Shown: piece after piece, positions 20,746-33,194 of the stretch
Layout: every line of letters begins with the position of its first letter
How positions within the stretch are numbered: the stretch's first letter is position 1
NCBI GenBank assembly: GCA_025558095.1
Contig: JAIVFI010000042.1
Span: forward strand, 124,001 to 188,000
DNA from: Hyaloraphidium curvatum SAG 235-1
Taxonomy: Eukaryota > Fungi > Monoblepharomycota
Reading direction: 5' to 3'
Length of the DNA stretch: 64,000 nucleotides
Position numbers and translations under genes: made by a program
Notes under the pieces: generated by a model
Seen by the model: only the letters and a program-made list of their open reading frames with translations
What the model was told of the DNA's origin: nothing
Databases searched by the model: none

Positions 20746-23700
20746 ATGGCCGCCAACGGCACGCCGAACGGCGCCCCCGCCGCGGACGCGCCGGTCGAAA
20801 TGTCGCAGATTGCCGCGCAGACGCCCGCCGCGGCCACGCCCGAGACGTCGCCGGCGCACGCACACTTCGCGGAGCCCCCGCGCCCTCAGCGACCCGGTCT
20901 TGCCTTCCAGGAGCCCGTGCAGCCGGCGAAGCCGCAGCTGGTCGTGCCGCCCGAGCCCGTGCCGCACGTGAACGGCGCCGCGGTCGCGCCGGCGGAGGCG
21001 CCGGAAGCAAAGGCCGCCGCAGAGGCGGCGAAGGAGAAGGCAAAGGCCCTCGACATCGTGGGTCGGGCATTCCGCGGCGCAGGCAAATGCTGACGCATGG
21101 GCGCGCGCAGACGGAGCACCTCATGACCCCCGAGGAGGTCGCCGCAAAGTACAGCACGGCCATCAACCTGACCACGCCGGCGCAGTCGCCGGGCCTGACG
21201 ACCGCGGAGGCCACCAAGCGCCTGGTGGAGTACGGTCCCAACGCGCTGACGCCGCCCAAGAAGCGCCACCCGATCCTGCGCTACCTCGACTTCCTCTCGG
21301 GTCTCTTCAACGTGCTCCTCATCGGCGCCGGCGTGCTCTCGTACATCGTGTACGCCGTCGACCCGGCAAACAACTTCCAGAACGTCTACACGGGCGCCAT
21401 CCTGTTTGCCGTGGCATTTATCAACGCCTTTGTCGAATACATCCAGGAAGCCAAGAGCCAGGCCGCCCTCGAGAGCTTCAAGGTGCGTCGGCCCTCGCGT
21501 TCACGACCCATTTCGGGCCCTGATTCGTCCTTCCCCCAGAACCTGATCCCCAGCAAGGCCATGGCCATGCGCGACGGCCGCCTCGAGACCATCGGCGCCG
21601 CCGACCTCGTCCTGGGCGACGTGGTCCTTGTCAAGATGGGCGACAAGACCCCTGCGGACGTGCTCCTCTTCTGGTGCTCCGACATGAAGGTCGACAACTC
21701 CTCCCTCACCGGCGAGTCGGAGCCGCAGGACCGCAAGATCAACAACAAGCAGGAGAACCCGCTCGAGGCCACGAACCTGGCCTTCAACGGCTCGCTGGTG
21801 GTCAACGGCGAGGGCTACGGGATCGTCGTCCGCACGGGGGACAAGACCGTCATCGGGCAGATCGCCAGCCTGACCAACAACGAGAAGAAGGGGCAGAGCC
21901 CCATGTCGCACGAGATCGAAACCTTCGTGTACAAGATCGCCGCCCTGGCCGGTATCTTCGGCATCACGTTCTTCCTCATCGGGCTGCTGGGCAAGAAGAT
22001 GGGCATCTCGTTCTCGCTCAACTTTGCCATCGGCATCCTGGTCGCGTTCGTGCCCCAGGGGCTGCCGTCCACTGTGACGATGCTGCTGTCGATCGCGGCC
22101 AAGAGAATGGCGCAGAAGCAGGTGCTGGTCAAGGATCTGCAGGTGGGGGGCGCGTGCCGCTGGTTGGATCTTCGAATCCTAACAGAGGTGTATACAAACG
22201 TTCCCCACAGGGAGTGGAAACGCTCGGCGCACTGACGCTCCTCGCGACGGACAAGACCGGCACCCTGACCAAGAACCAGATGACTGTGACGTACGTCTGG
22301 GTCGGCTGCCGCCTCTACACCACCGAGATCAACAACAACCGCGACGACACGGCCTTCCTTGACAACGACGCCCCCGGCGTCATGGGCGCTCTCTACCTCT
22401 TTGCCCTCTGCAGCAAGGCCCGCTTCGACCGCACCGACGTGCCCATCAAGGACCGCGGGGTGATCGCCGATGCCACCGAGGCCGGGCTGTACCGCTGCGC
22501 GTCGCAGCGGCTCGGGGATTTTGATTCCCTGGCGACCAAATACCCCAAGGTGTTCGAGGTCCCCTTCAACTCGACTAACAAGTGGGCCATGACGGTCAAC
22601 AAGCTCCCCCACGCCAAGGGCCCCCTGACCCTGATGATGAAGGGCGCCCCCGAGCGGGTGCTGAAGCTGTGCACGCGCATCTTCGACGCCGAGGGCGGTG
22701 TGAGGCCCATGACGGACGCGGACAGGGCCACATTCGAGGAGATTTACAGGTTCATGGCGTCCAAGGGCCACCGCGTGCTGGCGTTTGCGACGGACGAGCT
22801 GGACGGAGACAAGTACCCAGAGAACTTTGCCTTTTCGAGGGACCCACAGAACTACACGACCGACGACCTCGTGTTCCAGGGGCTGGTGTCGCTCGAGGAC
22901 CCGCCTAAGCACGGCGTGCGCGAGGCGGTGGGCAAGATTCGGCAGGCGGGCATCCAGGTCGTCATGGTCACAGGAGAGTGGGTTTGCGCCCTTCGCGTAC
23001 TCTTCATCATTTCAGCCAATGCGTGCCCGACAGCCACCCCCTAACCGCGGGTGCGATCGCGCAAAAGATCAACCTGATGGTCGGCGAGACGAAGGAGATG
23101 GTCGCGGAGCGCACGGGCAGGCCGGTGTCTGACATCACAGAGGATGAGTACGACGCCGTCGTGATCCACGGCGAGCGGGTCGACGGACGTCGGTGCCTTT
23201 GCATGCTTTCGCGGATGGTTTTGCTGATCGGGCGTTTCAGTCACGGACGATGAGTGGGACCGAATCTTTGAGCACGACGAGATCATCTTTGCCCGGACGT
23301 CGCCCAAGAACAAGCTCCAGATCGTCAAGCGCGCACAGTCGTACGGTCACATTGTCGGCGTCACCGGCGACGGTGTCAACGATTCGCCCGCCCTCAAGAA
23401 GGCGGACCTCGGCATCGCGATGAACATTTCGGGTTCGGACGTGTCCAAGGAGGCGGCGGCCATGATCCTGATCGACGACAACTTTGCGTCCACGGTGCAC
23501 GGTGGGCATCCCTTGGCGGTCCGCGTCCACGTGACCCTGACGGCTCGTTCGCCAGGCATCGAGGAAGGCCGGGTCATCTTCCAGAACGTGCGCAAGTCGA
23601 TCCGCTTCGTCATGTCCCACATCGCACCCGAAGTCTGGACCGCCCTCCTCTTCGTCATCGTCCCTATTCCGCTCCCCCTGCAGGCCATCCAGATCCTGTG

Positions 23701-24773
23701 GATTGATCTCGGGTACGAGATCTTCCTCGGTCTCTCGATCGCCTTCGATCCCCCGGAAAGCAAGGGGGCGGTGATGACCCTGCAGCCGCGCAAGCCCGTC
23801 ACGGGCGAGAGCGTGCAGCTGCTCCGCGAGAAGAAGGCCTGGGAGGCGTCGAGACACCCCAAGCGCGTGGACCCCGAGACGGGGGCCATCGACCGGTCGA
23901 GGGAGAACTGGTTCGAGCGGACCGCGGGCAACATCTCCGACCTCTTCACGGCGCAGTACTGGAAGTTCGCGTTCACCAAGACCGAAGAGGAGGTGCTGGT
24001 AGACAACGAGCTGCTCAGCTACTCGCTGCTTGAGATCGGGTCACTCGAGACCATCGGCTGCTTGATCGCCTTCTTCTGGGCGCTGTGGTACTCCTACCAA
24101 ATTACGCCCGCCGACGCGCAGAGCATGGCCAGCGCTAATATGTACTTTTTCGCGAACTCTCCGCCTTACACGACCTCGACCGGCAGGACGCTGGTGGGTT
24201 GATGGTCGGGTCATTCGATAAGGCTTACCTCACTGCGACTGCCCGTAGAATGCTTCGGAGCAGATGGACGCGCAGTCGCAGGGGCAGTCAGCCTACTTCT
24301 TTGGCATTTTCTTCCTCCAGTGCTACAACCTGTTCATGGTCAAGGCTCGGATCCACCTGCCCTTTGGCAAGTTCATGGTCGCCAACAAGTGGAACTTCAT
24401 CATGGCCTTGCTCGGCCTCTGCCTCGCCGTCTTTGTCGTCTACACCCCGCCCCTCAACATCGCCTTCCTCTTCTCGTGGCAACTCAGCCCGCTCATCTGG
24501 ACTGCGCCCATCGCTTTCGGCATCGTGCTGATCGTCTACGTCTCGCTGCGCGTGCTGGCGCTGCGCAAGATCGACCCGGTCAAGTACGCCGACGCGCCCG
24601 AGGGGCTCAAGATGTACGCCACGAGGTACTCGACGCGGAGCTCCATTTCCGTGCCTACTTTCCGTCGGAGGAGCTCGATCGGTGGGTTTGATCCCCGCGC
24701 GGTCGCGACGGGGGTGCCTGATATGTTCCCCGACAGCCCCGTCCGTTATGGCCGCGAACGCTGCAGCGAGTAA
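20746..24773 (+). CDS. P-type IIC (Na+/K+-ATPase-like / fungal ACU-like) cation ATPase, multi-exon
   Basis: 'YGPNALTPP', 'VDNSSLTGESEPQ', DKTGTLT, 'PFNSTNKW', KGAPERV, 'DPPK', 'VTGD|HPLTA', 'VTGDGVNDSPALKKAD', 'DDNFAS', 'IEEGR'. M4 reads VAFVPQGLP. Confidence 0.95.
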
Positions 24774-25164
24774 GGCATGATCTTGCTTTCTGGGTATCTG
24801 ATTCGGTGTTGTTGCCTTGCAGTGAGGAATGATCGAAGAGTGAGGGTGCAGTAGCATGGAACTCCGGGATGTAGCATGATCTGCTGGAGGATGTCATAGA
24901 GAAGTCTGCTAATGTAGTTGCTGTTCTATCTCTGCTGCTGTCTGTTTCCGAAAGTGATCAGTGCACGGCTGCCCATGCAGGCCGATTGGAACCGGGTGTC
25001 AGCGGACCGCGGAGCGAGTCCGAGCACGCACACCATTTGTTTCCCATCGCGCCTGCAGCCTCACCGCCTTCCTAGTGCTAAGGTCTTGCCGCCGGCGGAA
25101 GCTCGCGGACTTGCCGAGCGAAACCGGACGGCGGCTGACGTTCCCATCGCCGGCAGCGCCCGAG

Positions 25165-26978
25165 ATGGTCAACGCCGAGCCCTCGCCCACGGATGCCCCG
25201 GCGGCGGCCCCCGAGAACCCGTCCGGCCTCTCCAAGTCGCAGCTGAAGAAGCTCAAAAGGCAGCAGGAAGCCGCTGCTGCCGCGGGCGGCGATGCTGGGG
25301 ACCGCACGCCCGAAGCTCGCGAGAGCGAGTCGCCGCAGAACGCGATGGCGGACGACGAGGTCAAGGTGTCCAAGAACGGCTACATCGAGACCGTCGCCAA
25401 GCGCCTCAGGAACCTGAAGAAGAAAGTCGTGGGTTCCGAGCCGGCGATGGATGCCCGGGACGCGTCCCCGACCTCTGTTCCGCGGCGTTCTACAGAAAAA
25501 GATTGAGACCTACGAGGCGATCCCGAAGGACAAGCTGAACGCGGATCAGAAGCAGACCCTGGACAAGAAGACCGAGACGCTGGCGCTGGTGAAGGAGCTG
25601 GAGGAGATTATCAAGCTGCTGCAGGCTCACGAAGCCGAGGTGGGCTGTCATTCTTTCGGGGCTTTCCAGGGCTCACTTTTCCGTTGCACACAGGAAAACA
25701 AGCAGCAGAAGAAGGAGAAGCAGGCGCAGGAGCAGCAGGATGCCCAGAAGATCGCCGCCGCCGTTGCCGAGGCTAAGGCGCAGGACCAGCAGAAGCTCCA
25801 GGCCCTCTGCAAGGCTTTCCTCAGCCTCAACATCCTGTACCCCAGCATGTATTCGCAGCTCGTGTTCCCCTTCAGCAACGAACAGATGAACGCCATCAAT
25901 CTGATCAAGACCAGCATCTTCGGCGAGAACATCATCAACGACGCGTGGGCATTTTCAGCACGAGGCTCCGTTTTCCTCATCTCTGACACAGCTTCCTTGC
26001 ATCCCAGCAACTTCTCCAAGGAAAGCTTCACCGAGACCTCCTTCCACCACCTCAACCAGTTCCTCGCGCGCTCGGCCGACGTCTTTGTCGATGGCTTCAC
26101 CTACGCCGACATCGCGGACCTCGTCGACCAGATCTCCGCATCGCGCCCCGCGCCCCCCGTTTTCGGCGTCGACGAGGCGCAGATCATCGGCGGTGCAAAC
26201 GGGACCTACGAAGCGGCGTATGAGGACCAGACCGTGCCCGAGGAACAGGAGGGGGAGCAGCCCGTGGTCCTGGGGGCGGGGATGCCACTGACGTTCGGAA
26301 GCGTCAGCGTGAGGTTCGGAGACGTGACGGTCGAGTCCGAAGGTGAGCATTTCGGAGTGAGCGCATTGGCTGGCGGCGCAGGAGGAGGCGTCGAAGATCC
26401 CTGGGATGGTTGATTAGTCTTCAAGACACCAAATCATGGTTCAAACATGCCTTTTCTGCTGAGGGATGGTTCCGCGGGGAACTTGGCGGGACGCATTTGG
26501 CGTGCGATGCTGACCAATCCTTTTCCTCGCTGCAGTGCCCAGCTTCGCTGGCGCTTCCGCCGAGCAGGACAACTCGGGCGCAATTGCTGAGCAACAGCAG
26601 GCCACCATGCCCATCTTCGGCGCGTACCAGGACCCTACGACGGGCTTGGTCTCGGCGGAGGCCAGTTGGGGCGCGCAGCCGGTCGTCGTGGACGAGGATT
26701 CGCTGACGCCGATCGAGGACGACGTGCACGCGATGCAGCAGCACGCCAGCGTCTACGGCTACGTCGGGCAGCACCCCGTGCAGCCTCAGTATGGCCACGG
26801 GTACGTCGACGCGGAAGGGTACCAGCCGGCGCCGGGAGCGGGCTACAGGGGCAGGGGCAGGGGCAGGGGTTACGGTGGAGGCTACCGCGGCCGCGGCAAC
26901 GGCGGTCAGGGGTACCGCGGCCAGGGAGGTGGCTACCGCGGCAACCGCGGACGCGGCGCACCGCCGCCGCAGGCTTGA
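25165..26978 (+). CDS. Caprin-1-like RNA-binding protein with C-terminal RGG/YRG repeats, multi-exon
   Basis: 'IETVAKRLRNLKKK...KIETYE...KLNADQ' resembles the caprin HR1 coiled coil. C-terminus GYRGRGRGRGYGGGYRGRGNGGQGYRG. Confidence 0.65.
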
Positions 26979-27263
26979 AAGCTAGGGACTCGGGAACCGG
27001 GGTGGGGCTTTCGGACGGGGAGATTGGTGGACGCTGTTGGAGTTGGGGAGACCGTGAGCGGAGGGGAAGGCCGGCGACGACAGAACGAATGACGGAAAAG
27101 GGGGCGATCTCTGAGTCGGAGCACCCGCGATACGGATCGGATGGACATGAGATGGGATGGACATGAAGTGGAGGTTTGGCGCCGGGTATGTACCCGATCC
27201 CAGGCGTTCGAATGTAGATACGGCTTCGGAAGATGGTATGTTTTTCCACATCGATTCCTTTCA

Positions 27264-29264
27264 TCAAGAAGCATACAGTGATGTGACTGTTGCCACCTGC
27301 TGGGTGACATTGGTGTACCGAGTCGCCCGGATGGTCAGTAAGTCATCCAGCACGCCCCGGTGGTGAGCCGGGACCATCTCCTTCGCGAACGCCCGGAAAG
27401 CCGAGGTAAACGCGTGCTTGTCATTCTGGCACAGGTGGACTTCGAGCCTCTTGGGCTGGGTAAGTGGCTTCCCCGGGTCCTCGGGCCTGGTGATCCACAG
27501 CGAGGTGCCCAGGTCCAGAATGAAGGCCGCGTTGTGGCTGGCAAAGAGCACCGCGCCGGCGTACGACTTGAGCGCGTTGGCGAGGGCGGTAATGGATTCA
27601 AAGTCAAGGTGGTTGGTGATTTCGTCCAGGACGAGGAGGTCGGGCAGGGGAACGGCGGCGAAAACGTCAGCGAGGATGAGGCGCACTCGGAGCCCCCCGC
27701 TCAGGGCCTCGATCGGGAGAAGCGCGGTGCCGCTGCCACCGAGCCCGAAGCGGGCCATGTGCGCTCGCGCGGGCTCGTCGTCCTTGAAGGCCTGAGGATG
27801 CCGTCGCCGTAGGTACGCGACCCCGGATTCATGCAGGCAGCCTTCCAAAGTGGCGAGCTGATTCTGATCGATTATAGCAAGCTTGCCGGCGCGCTTGATG
27901 GTGCCGGCGAGTACGGTGACGGAGGATTGGTCGGCGATCGCGCGCAGGAGCGTACTCTTGCCGGTACCGTTCTTGCCCACCAGTGCAATGCGGTCGCCGA
28001 TGTGGACAGACGCCGTGACACCCACGAGCACCGGCCCGGGGCGGCCAGGGTATCCGAGGGAAACGCCGTCCAGTTCAACCAACGGAATGTTTCGCTTGCC
28101 AGAAGCCAGCTCCGTTTCGGGCAGCTTCATGGTGAGCATCTTGCCTATCATGACGGGCTCCGCGCGCGCGGGAGCGCGAACGAACTCGATCCCGAGTTTC
28201 TTCATGGCGTACAGCTTGTACCTTTTGCCGTCCTCGCGGTAGAATCCAGATCGGGTCTCGGCTTTTCGTTCCCGGCTGGCGGCCTGCTTCAGCGCCTTGT
28301 CGTTCCCGGCGCGGCCCGCGGCGGCCTTTTGCTGCTGCACGCTGGCCTTCATGCGGGCATCCTCCTGCTGGCGCTTTTCGTAGAGCTTCTCGTGGAAGGC
28401 TTTGTACTCGTCCGCCTTTTGCTCGAAGTTGGCATAGTTGCCCGGCACGCACTGCAGCGTCATCTTGTGGATCGAGATGATGTCGGTGCACACCATGTCG
28501 AGGAAAGCGGCGTCGTGCGAGACGACCATGACCGTCATTGGCGGCTCGCCCGGCGGCGGTGGCGTCTGCGGGTCCACCATGCCCCCGTCACGCAGAATCG
28601 AGGCCAGCTGCAGCACCGAGACCAGGTCCGCGTGGTTCGTCGGCTCGTCCAGCATGAGGAGATCGGGTCGCGCAAACAATGCCCTTGCCAGCTGCAGCCT
28701 GGTCCGCCAGCCGCCCGACAGCGTGCCCAGCTTCGCGGCGCGGATAGTTGCGGGGAAACCGAGCCTCTTCAGAAGCGCCTCCGCGCGTCCTTTTGCACCC
28801 TCGGCGTCGTGAGCTTCCAATTCGTTCATCAGCGCGTCCATTTCCGCGGCCAGCGCTTCCACGTCGTCCGGGCCCTCGCCGGCCTCCAGCTCGGCCATGC
28901 GGGCGTGGGCATCGGCGAGCACCGAGTCGCCCGCGACGACATAGTCGACCGCCACGAGATCCGAGTCGCCCTCGCGCTCCGCATCGTTTTGGCCGACATA
29001 CACCGCGCGAACGCCCCCCGCCTCCATAATGGCGTCGCGCACGGCGCGCATCAGCGTCGACTTGCCGCAGCCGTTCTCGCCGACGATGCCGTAGCGGTGT
29101 CCCCGTTGGAGCACCATGGCAGCGTCGCGGAGGAGCAGCGTGTCCCCCGCCCCGAGAGTGGCGGACTTCATCGTGAAGAACGCGTCGCTGGAAGCGACCA
29201 CACGGACCTCGCCGACGAGCACGGTCGGCGGGTCCGGCGACGTGCCCGGGTTCTCGTTCTCCAT
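27264..29264 (-). CDS. ABC-F family ATPase (two ABC cassettes, no TM domain), intronless
   Basis: GENGCGKS / LSGGW / LDEPTNH and GKNGTGKS / LSGG / LDEITNHLD, with a helical inter-ABC linker. Probable ATG at 29264. Confidence 0.92.
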   Translation of the reverse strand: MENENPGTSPDPPTVLVGEVRVVASSDAFFTMKSATLGAGDTLLLRDAAMVLQRGHRYGIVGENGCGKSTLMRAVRDAIMEAGGVRAVYVGQNDAEREGDSDLVAVDYVVAGDSVLADAHARMAELEAGEGPDDVEALAAEMDALMNELEAHDAEGAKGRAEALLKRLGFPATIRAAKLGTLSGGWRTRLQLARALFARPDLLMLDEPTNHADLVSVLQLASILRDGGMVDPQTPPPPGEPPMTVMVVSHDAAFLDMVCTDIISIHKMTLQCVPGNYANFEQKADEYKAFHEKLYEKRQQEDARMKASVQQQKAAAGRAGNDKALKQAASRERKAETRSGFYREDGKRYKLYAMKKLGIEFVRAPARAEPVMIGKMLTMKLPETELASGKRNIPLVELDGVSLGYPGRPGPVLVGVTASVHIGDRIALVGKNGTGKSTLLRAIADQSSVTVLAGTIKRAGKLAIIDQNQLATLEGCLHESGVAYLRRRHPQAFKDDEPARAHMARFGLGGSGTALLPIEALSGGLRVRLILADVFAAVPLPDLLVLDEITNHLDFESITALANALKSYAGAVLFASHNAAFILDLGTSLWITRPEDPGKPLTQPKRLEVHLCQNDKHAFTSAFRAFAKEMVPAHHRGVLDDLLTIRATRYTNVTQQVATVTSLYAS

Positions 29265-30022
29265 CGTCGTGGACACGCTTTGAGTGTCTGGTGCTTGGCT
29301 GTGGTCTTTGCGGCGGGGTTTGGAGAAAGTGGCACGGGCGACGCCGCGGGTGCAAGGGTCTCGCCTATCCTCTCGCAACGCGTCCGATTTCCCGCTTATC
29401 GGCCGAAGTAATAGATTCGGCTCGAATCCTGGAAGCCTATCCGTTGCAACATATTATTTCCGCGCGCGGAAACACCATCCTTGAGCCTGAAGGTGTAGCA
29501 GAGTCGCAGTACTTCTTCGCGTCGGTGTACTCATAGCGATCGACGACAGAAACGTTCTAACGCTCCTTTTCTTGTGCGCCAGGATATCGCAACGGATCGG
29601 TATGGCAGCCCTGATACACAACAGTAACTTGCGTCGCCCGGGAAACGAAGATCGTCATCTGTCATCCAGGCGTTTCCTTGACGTTCAGCAACTAAGGCAA
29701 AGCAGCCTTTCACAGCCGACATTCGAGGATATGCGAAGAGATGAGCGATGGCTCACAGAGCCGTCTCCGGCTCGCCGTCGGTAGTCCTAGCTGATCCTGA
29801 TGACGGGCGGACCCAGAAACCAGCAAAAGGTGTGGATCTTGATGTTCCTGCAGTGCCAATCGACCCCCCGCTTCGAGATAGCGGCGATCTCTCGAGGGTT
29901 TGGGGCTCCCGGGTTGTGGCGAACGCCCGTTGCCCTGGCGATCGGCGCGGCTCGGCTCATCGTCCCGCAACAGCAAACCTCGCCGAACTTCGTTGACGTT
30001 CGACAACTCGCACGAGATAGCC

Positions 30023-32614
30023 ATGGCCGCCATCCCCGAGTACCTGAAGGTGACTGTCGATACCTCGGCTCTCGATGGCGCCGCGGGCGCCGCTCGTTGG
30101 GCACTGCTGACCGGGCGCATCCGCTGTTTTCCCGGCTGTCTCCCGGCCCCTCATTCGCTGTCCCCAACACGCCATCCGCGCTATAGGTGCGTTCTCCACG
30201 CGTCTGCGTGTTCCGCTGGAACCTCTCTGACCGAGATGCTGACGATTTCCTTCCCCGCCGCGGTTTTCTTCGCGCGCCGACAGTTCTACATGTAGGCCTT
30301 ACGAAACCCTCGCCCCGCCGCCCCGAGGCATCCGCTTACCGCGATCGCTCTTCCGCCGCACTCAGCAACGGAGAATGGGTCGACCCCGTTGGGGAGCTCA
30401 AGGTCGGTTGCAGCTCCTACCTCCCCGGGCGTTTGATTCCAGATCTGACGCCCCTTCCCGCGACCGTGCGTTCCCCTGGGTGCATCGTCCATCAGACCCA
30501 CGAGGTCATCGACCCCTCGACCGAGAAGCCCATCGCCCGCATCGCGCTGGGCTCCAAGGCCGACGTCGACCGTGCGGTCGCCGCTGCCAAGGCCGCCTTC
30601 CCGGCCTTCGCCGCCACGACCCCGGAGTACCGCGCTGACCTGCTCGACAAGAGTGCGTGTCGCTGCGCCCTGGATGGCCGCTTTTGCGCTTGTTTGTGCT
30701 GCTGCGGATGCTGATGGTTTCGCCCGCGAACCAGTCGTTGCAGAGTACACCAAGCGCCTGCCCGAGATCGCCAAGGTCATCTCCGACGAGATGGGCGCCC
30801 CCATGTGGCTCGCCAACGCCGCCCAGGTGCGTGCTTTGTCCTGATTCCGGGCATGTCCAGCAGCTGATGCGACCTGTCCCTTTCTCACAGGCTCCCGCTG
30901 GTCTCGGCCACTTCGCGACCACCGCCGCCATCCTCAGGCAGTGTGCGTTTCGCCTAGCTTTTGCTTCCGCCGTTCCAAGTGGTTCTGATCAACCCTTTTG
31001 TTTGCAGTCAAGTTCGAGGAGATGCGCGGCAACGTCCTCCTCCGCAAGGAACCCGCTGGTGTTTGCGGCCTGATCGTGGGTTGCACCTTGCGACATTCCA
31101 TCGGGCCATTGCTAAAATTCCCGTGCTCCAGACCCCCTGGAACTGGCCCGCCAACCAGATCGCCTGCAAGGTCGCCCCCGCCCTCGCCGCCGGCTGCACG
31201 ATGGTTCTCAAGCCCTCGGAGCTCGCTCCCCTGGACGCCATCATCATTGCCGAGTGCATCGCCGCCGCCGGTGTCCCCGCTGGTGTGTTCAACCTCGTCA
31301 ACGGCGACGGCCCGACCGTCGGCACCGCCCTGTCGTCCTCGCCCGACATTGACATGATGGTGGGTCGCCTGGGTTCCGTTGGCATGAGACCGCTTGCTGA
31401 CCCGACGTTTCGCCCCGTGCTCTAGTCGTTCACTGGCTCGACCCGCGCCGGTATCCTCGTCGCCCAGGCCGCCGCTGGCACCGTCAAGCGCGTCGCCCAG
31501 GAGCTCGGCGGCAAGTCGGCCAACATCATCACCCCCGACGCGCCCCTCGAGAAGGCCGTCACCAGCGGTGGTGGGTGTCTTTGCGCCGTCTCGTCGATTT
31601 GGAACCGATCGCCTGATGCGCCTTCCTTCCAGTGCTGACCATGATGACCAACTCCGGCCAGTCCTGCAACGCCCCCTCGCGCATGCTGATCCACAAGGAC
31701 CAGTACGACAAGGCCGTCGAGATCGCCGCCGCCGTCGCCTCGACCGTCAAGGTCCAGCCCCCCAAGGAGGCCGAGCAGGTGTGTTGTCCACTTGACTTGA
31801 TTTGTGAGGGCGATATCTGATTCGCATTTCGTTGTTCAGGGCGCCATCGGCCCCGTCGCCAACGGCACCCAGTTCAAGAAGATCAACGGCCTGCTCCAGA
31901 AGGGCATTGACGAGGGCGCCAAGGCCGTCGTCGGTGGCCCCGGGCGCCCGGAGGGCCTGACCTCGGGCTACTACATCCGCCCGACCATCTTCGCCAACGT
32001 GAACAACCAGGTGAGGATGACTGGACGGAGGAGGGGTTGATCGGACCGTCTTCGGTTCCGCACCTCGCCACGTCCCCCCGGGCCACCTTGTTCAACACTA
32101 AACATCATCTTCCTTGCAGATGACCATCGCCCGCGAGGAGATCTTCGGCCCCGTGCTCGTCATGATCCCGTACAACAACCTCGACGAGGCAGTCGAGATC
32201 GCCAACGACACCCCCTGTGCGTACGCACCTGCCTACGCGCAGGACGTCATTTCCTGACACGCTTTGCGATGCAGACGGCCTTTCCGGCTACGTGTACGCC
32301 AAGGACGTCAAGGCCGCCCGCGAGCTGGCCACCAAGTTCCGCTCCGGCAACGTCCACCTGCAGGGCACCGGCGTCGACTTCACCGCGCCCTTCGGCGGCT
32401 ACAAGCAGAGGTACGGAGGCATCTGTGGGCCGTTGCTTTATGTTCGCTGACGGTTTGGTGCAGCGGCAACGGTCGCGAGTGGGGCGAGTTCGGTGAGTCT
32501 CGGGTTTGGCTTGGGTGGTTTCGCACGACTAATCTTCGTGTGTTCCTTACAACAGGCCTCGCGGAGTTCCTCGAGACCAAGGCAGTCCTCGGTGCGGCCG
32601 AGCAGAGCGACTAA
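30023..32614 (+). CDS. NAD(P)+-dependent aldehyde dehydrogenase, about 15 exons
   Basis: 'TPWNWP', 'KPSE', 'FTGST', 'ELGGKS', 'NSGQSC', 'EEIFGPV', 'PFGGYKQ|SGNGRE'. About 14 GT-AG introns, including an 8-nt microexon. Confidence 0.95.
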
Positions 32615-33194
32615 GCGTCTCGCCTTTCTTTTGCGGCATTCGCGATCCTGCTGCCGCGAAGCGCGATCTTTTGTTCTTGCGGTCCGCTTCAGTAGTTCGT
32701 ATGTTGTAGATCCGAGTATGTCGTGTCGAATCTTACGTCGGCTCGCTGGATCTTCTCGCCCTAGTCCGGTCCTCCTCACACGTCCAAGAACATTCGGTTG
32801 TTTGATTTCGATGTTCGATCCATAGACTCATACGCGAAACTGTGGTCGTTGTCGAGCCCGCCCACCACCGACGCCTCGGCACCGGCAACACGACCTCCCC
32901 ATCCGCACGGACGCGAACAAAAGTCAATTAGAAAGAATGTATCAAATGGATCTCTACAATATCCCCGTTCCAGACGCTCTATGTGAAGGTATCGCTTCTA
33001 GCGAAGGAGACCCGACAATGGCAGCAGCAAACCCAATCTACCCAGCTCTAAACATCTAGAAGCAGTCCGCAGATGGCATTCTAGCAGGCCCGAAGGCTTT
33101 TTCCGAGGTATCGACGGCAGGTGACGAAAGCAAGTGTTCATCGTCGGCGGTCCCGTCAGTGGGGAGGCCGCCTCAGCAGACAAAGAGTCGTTGC

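Noticed and set aside
26845-26960. Short tandem repeats (ggggca, ggctaccgcggc)
   Set aside because: Encode the RGG/YRG tail of the caprin-like protein; not a CRISPR array or satellite.
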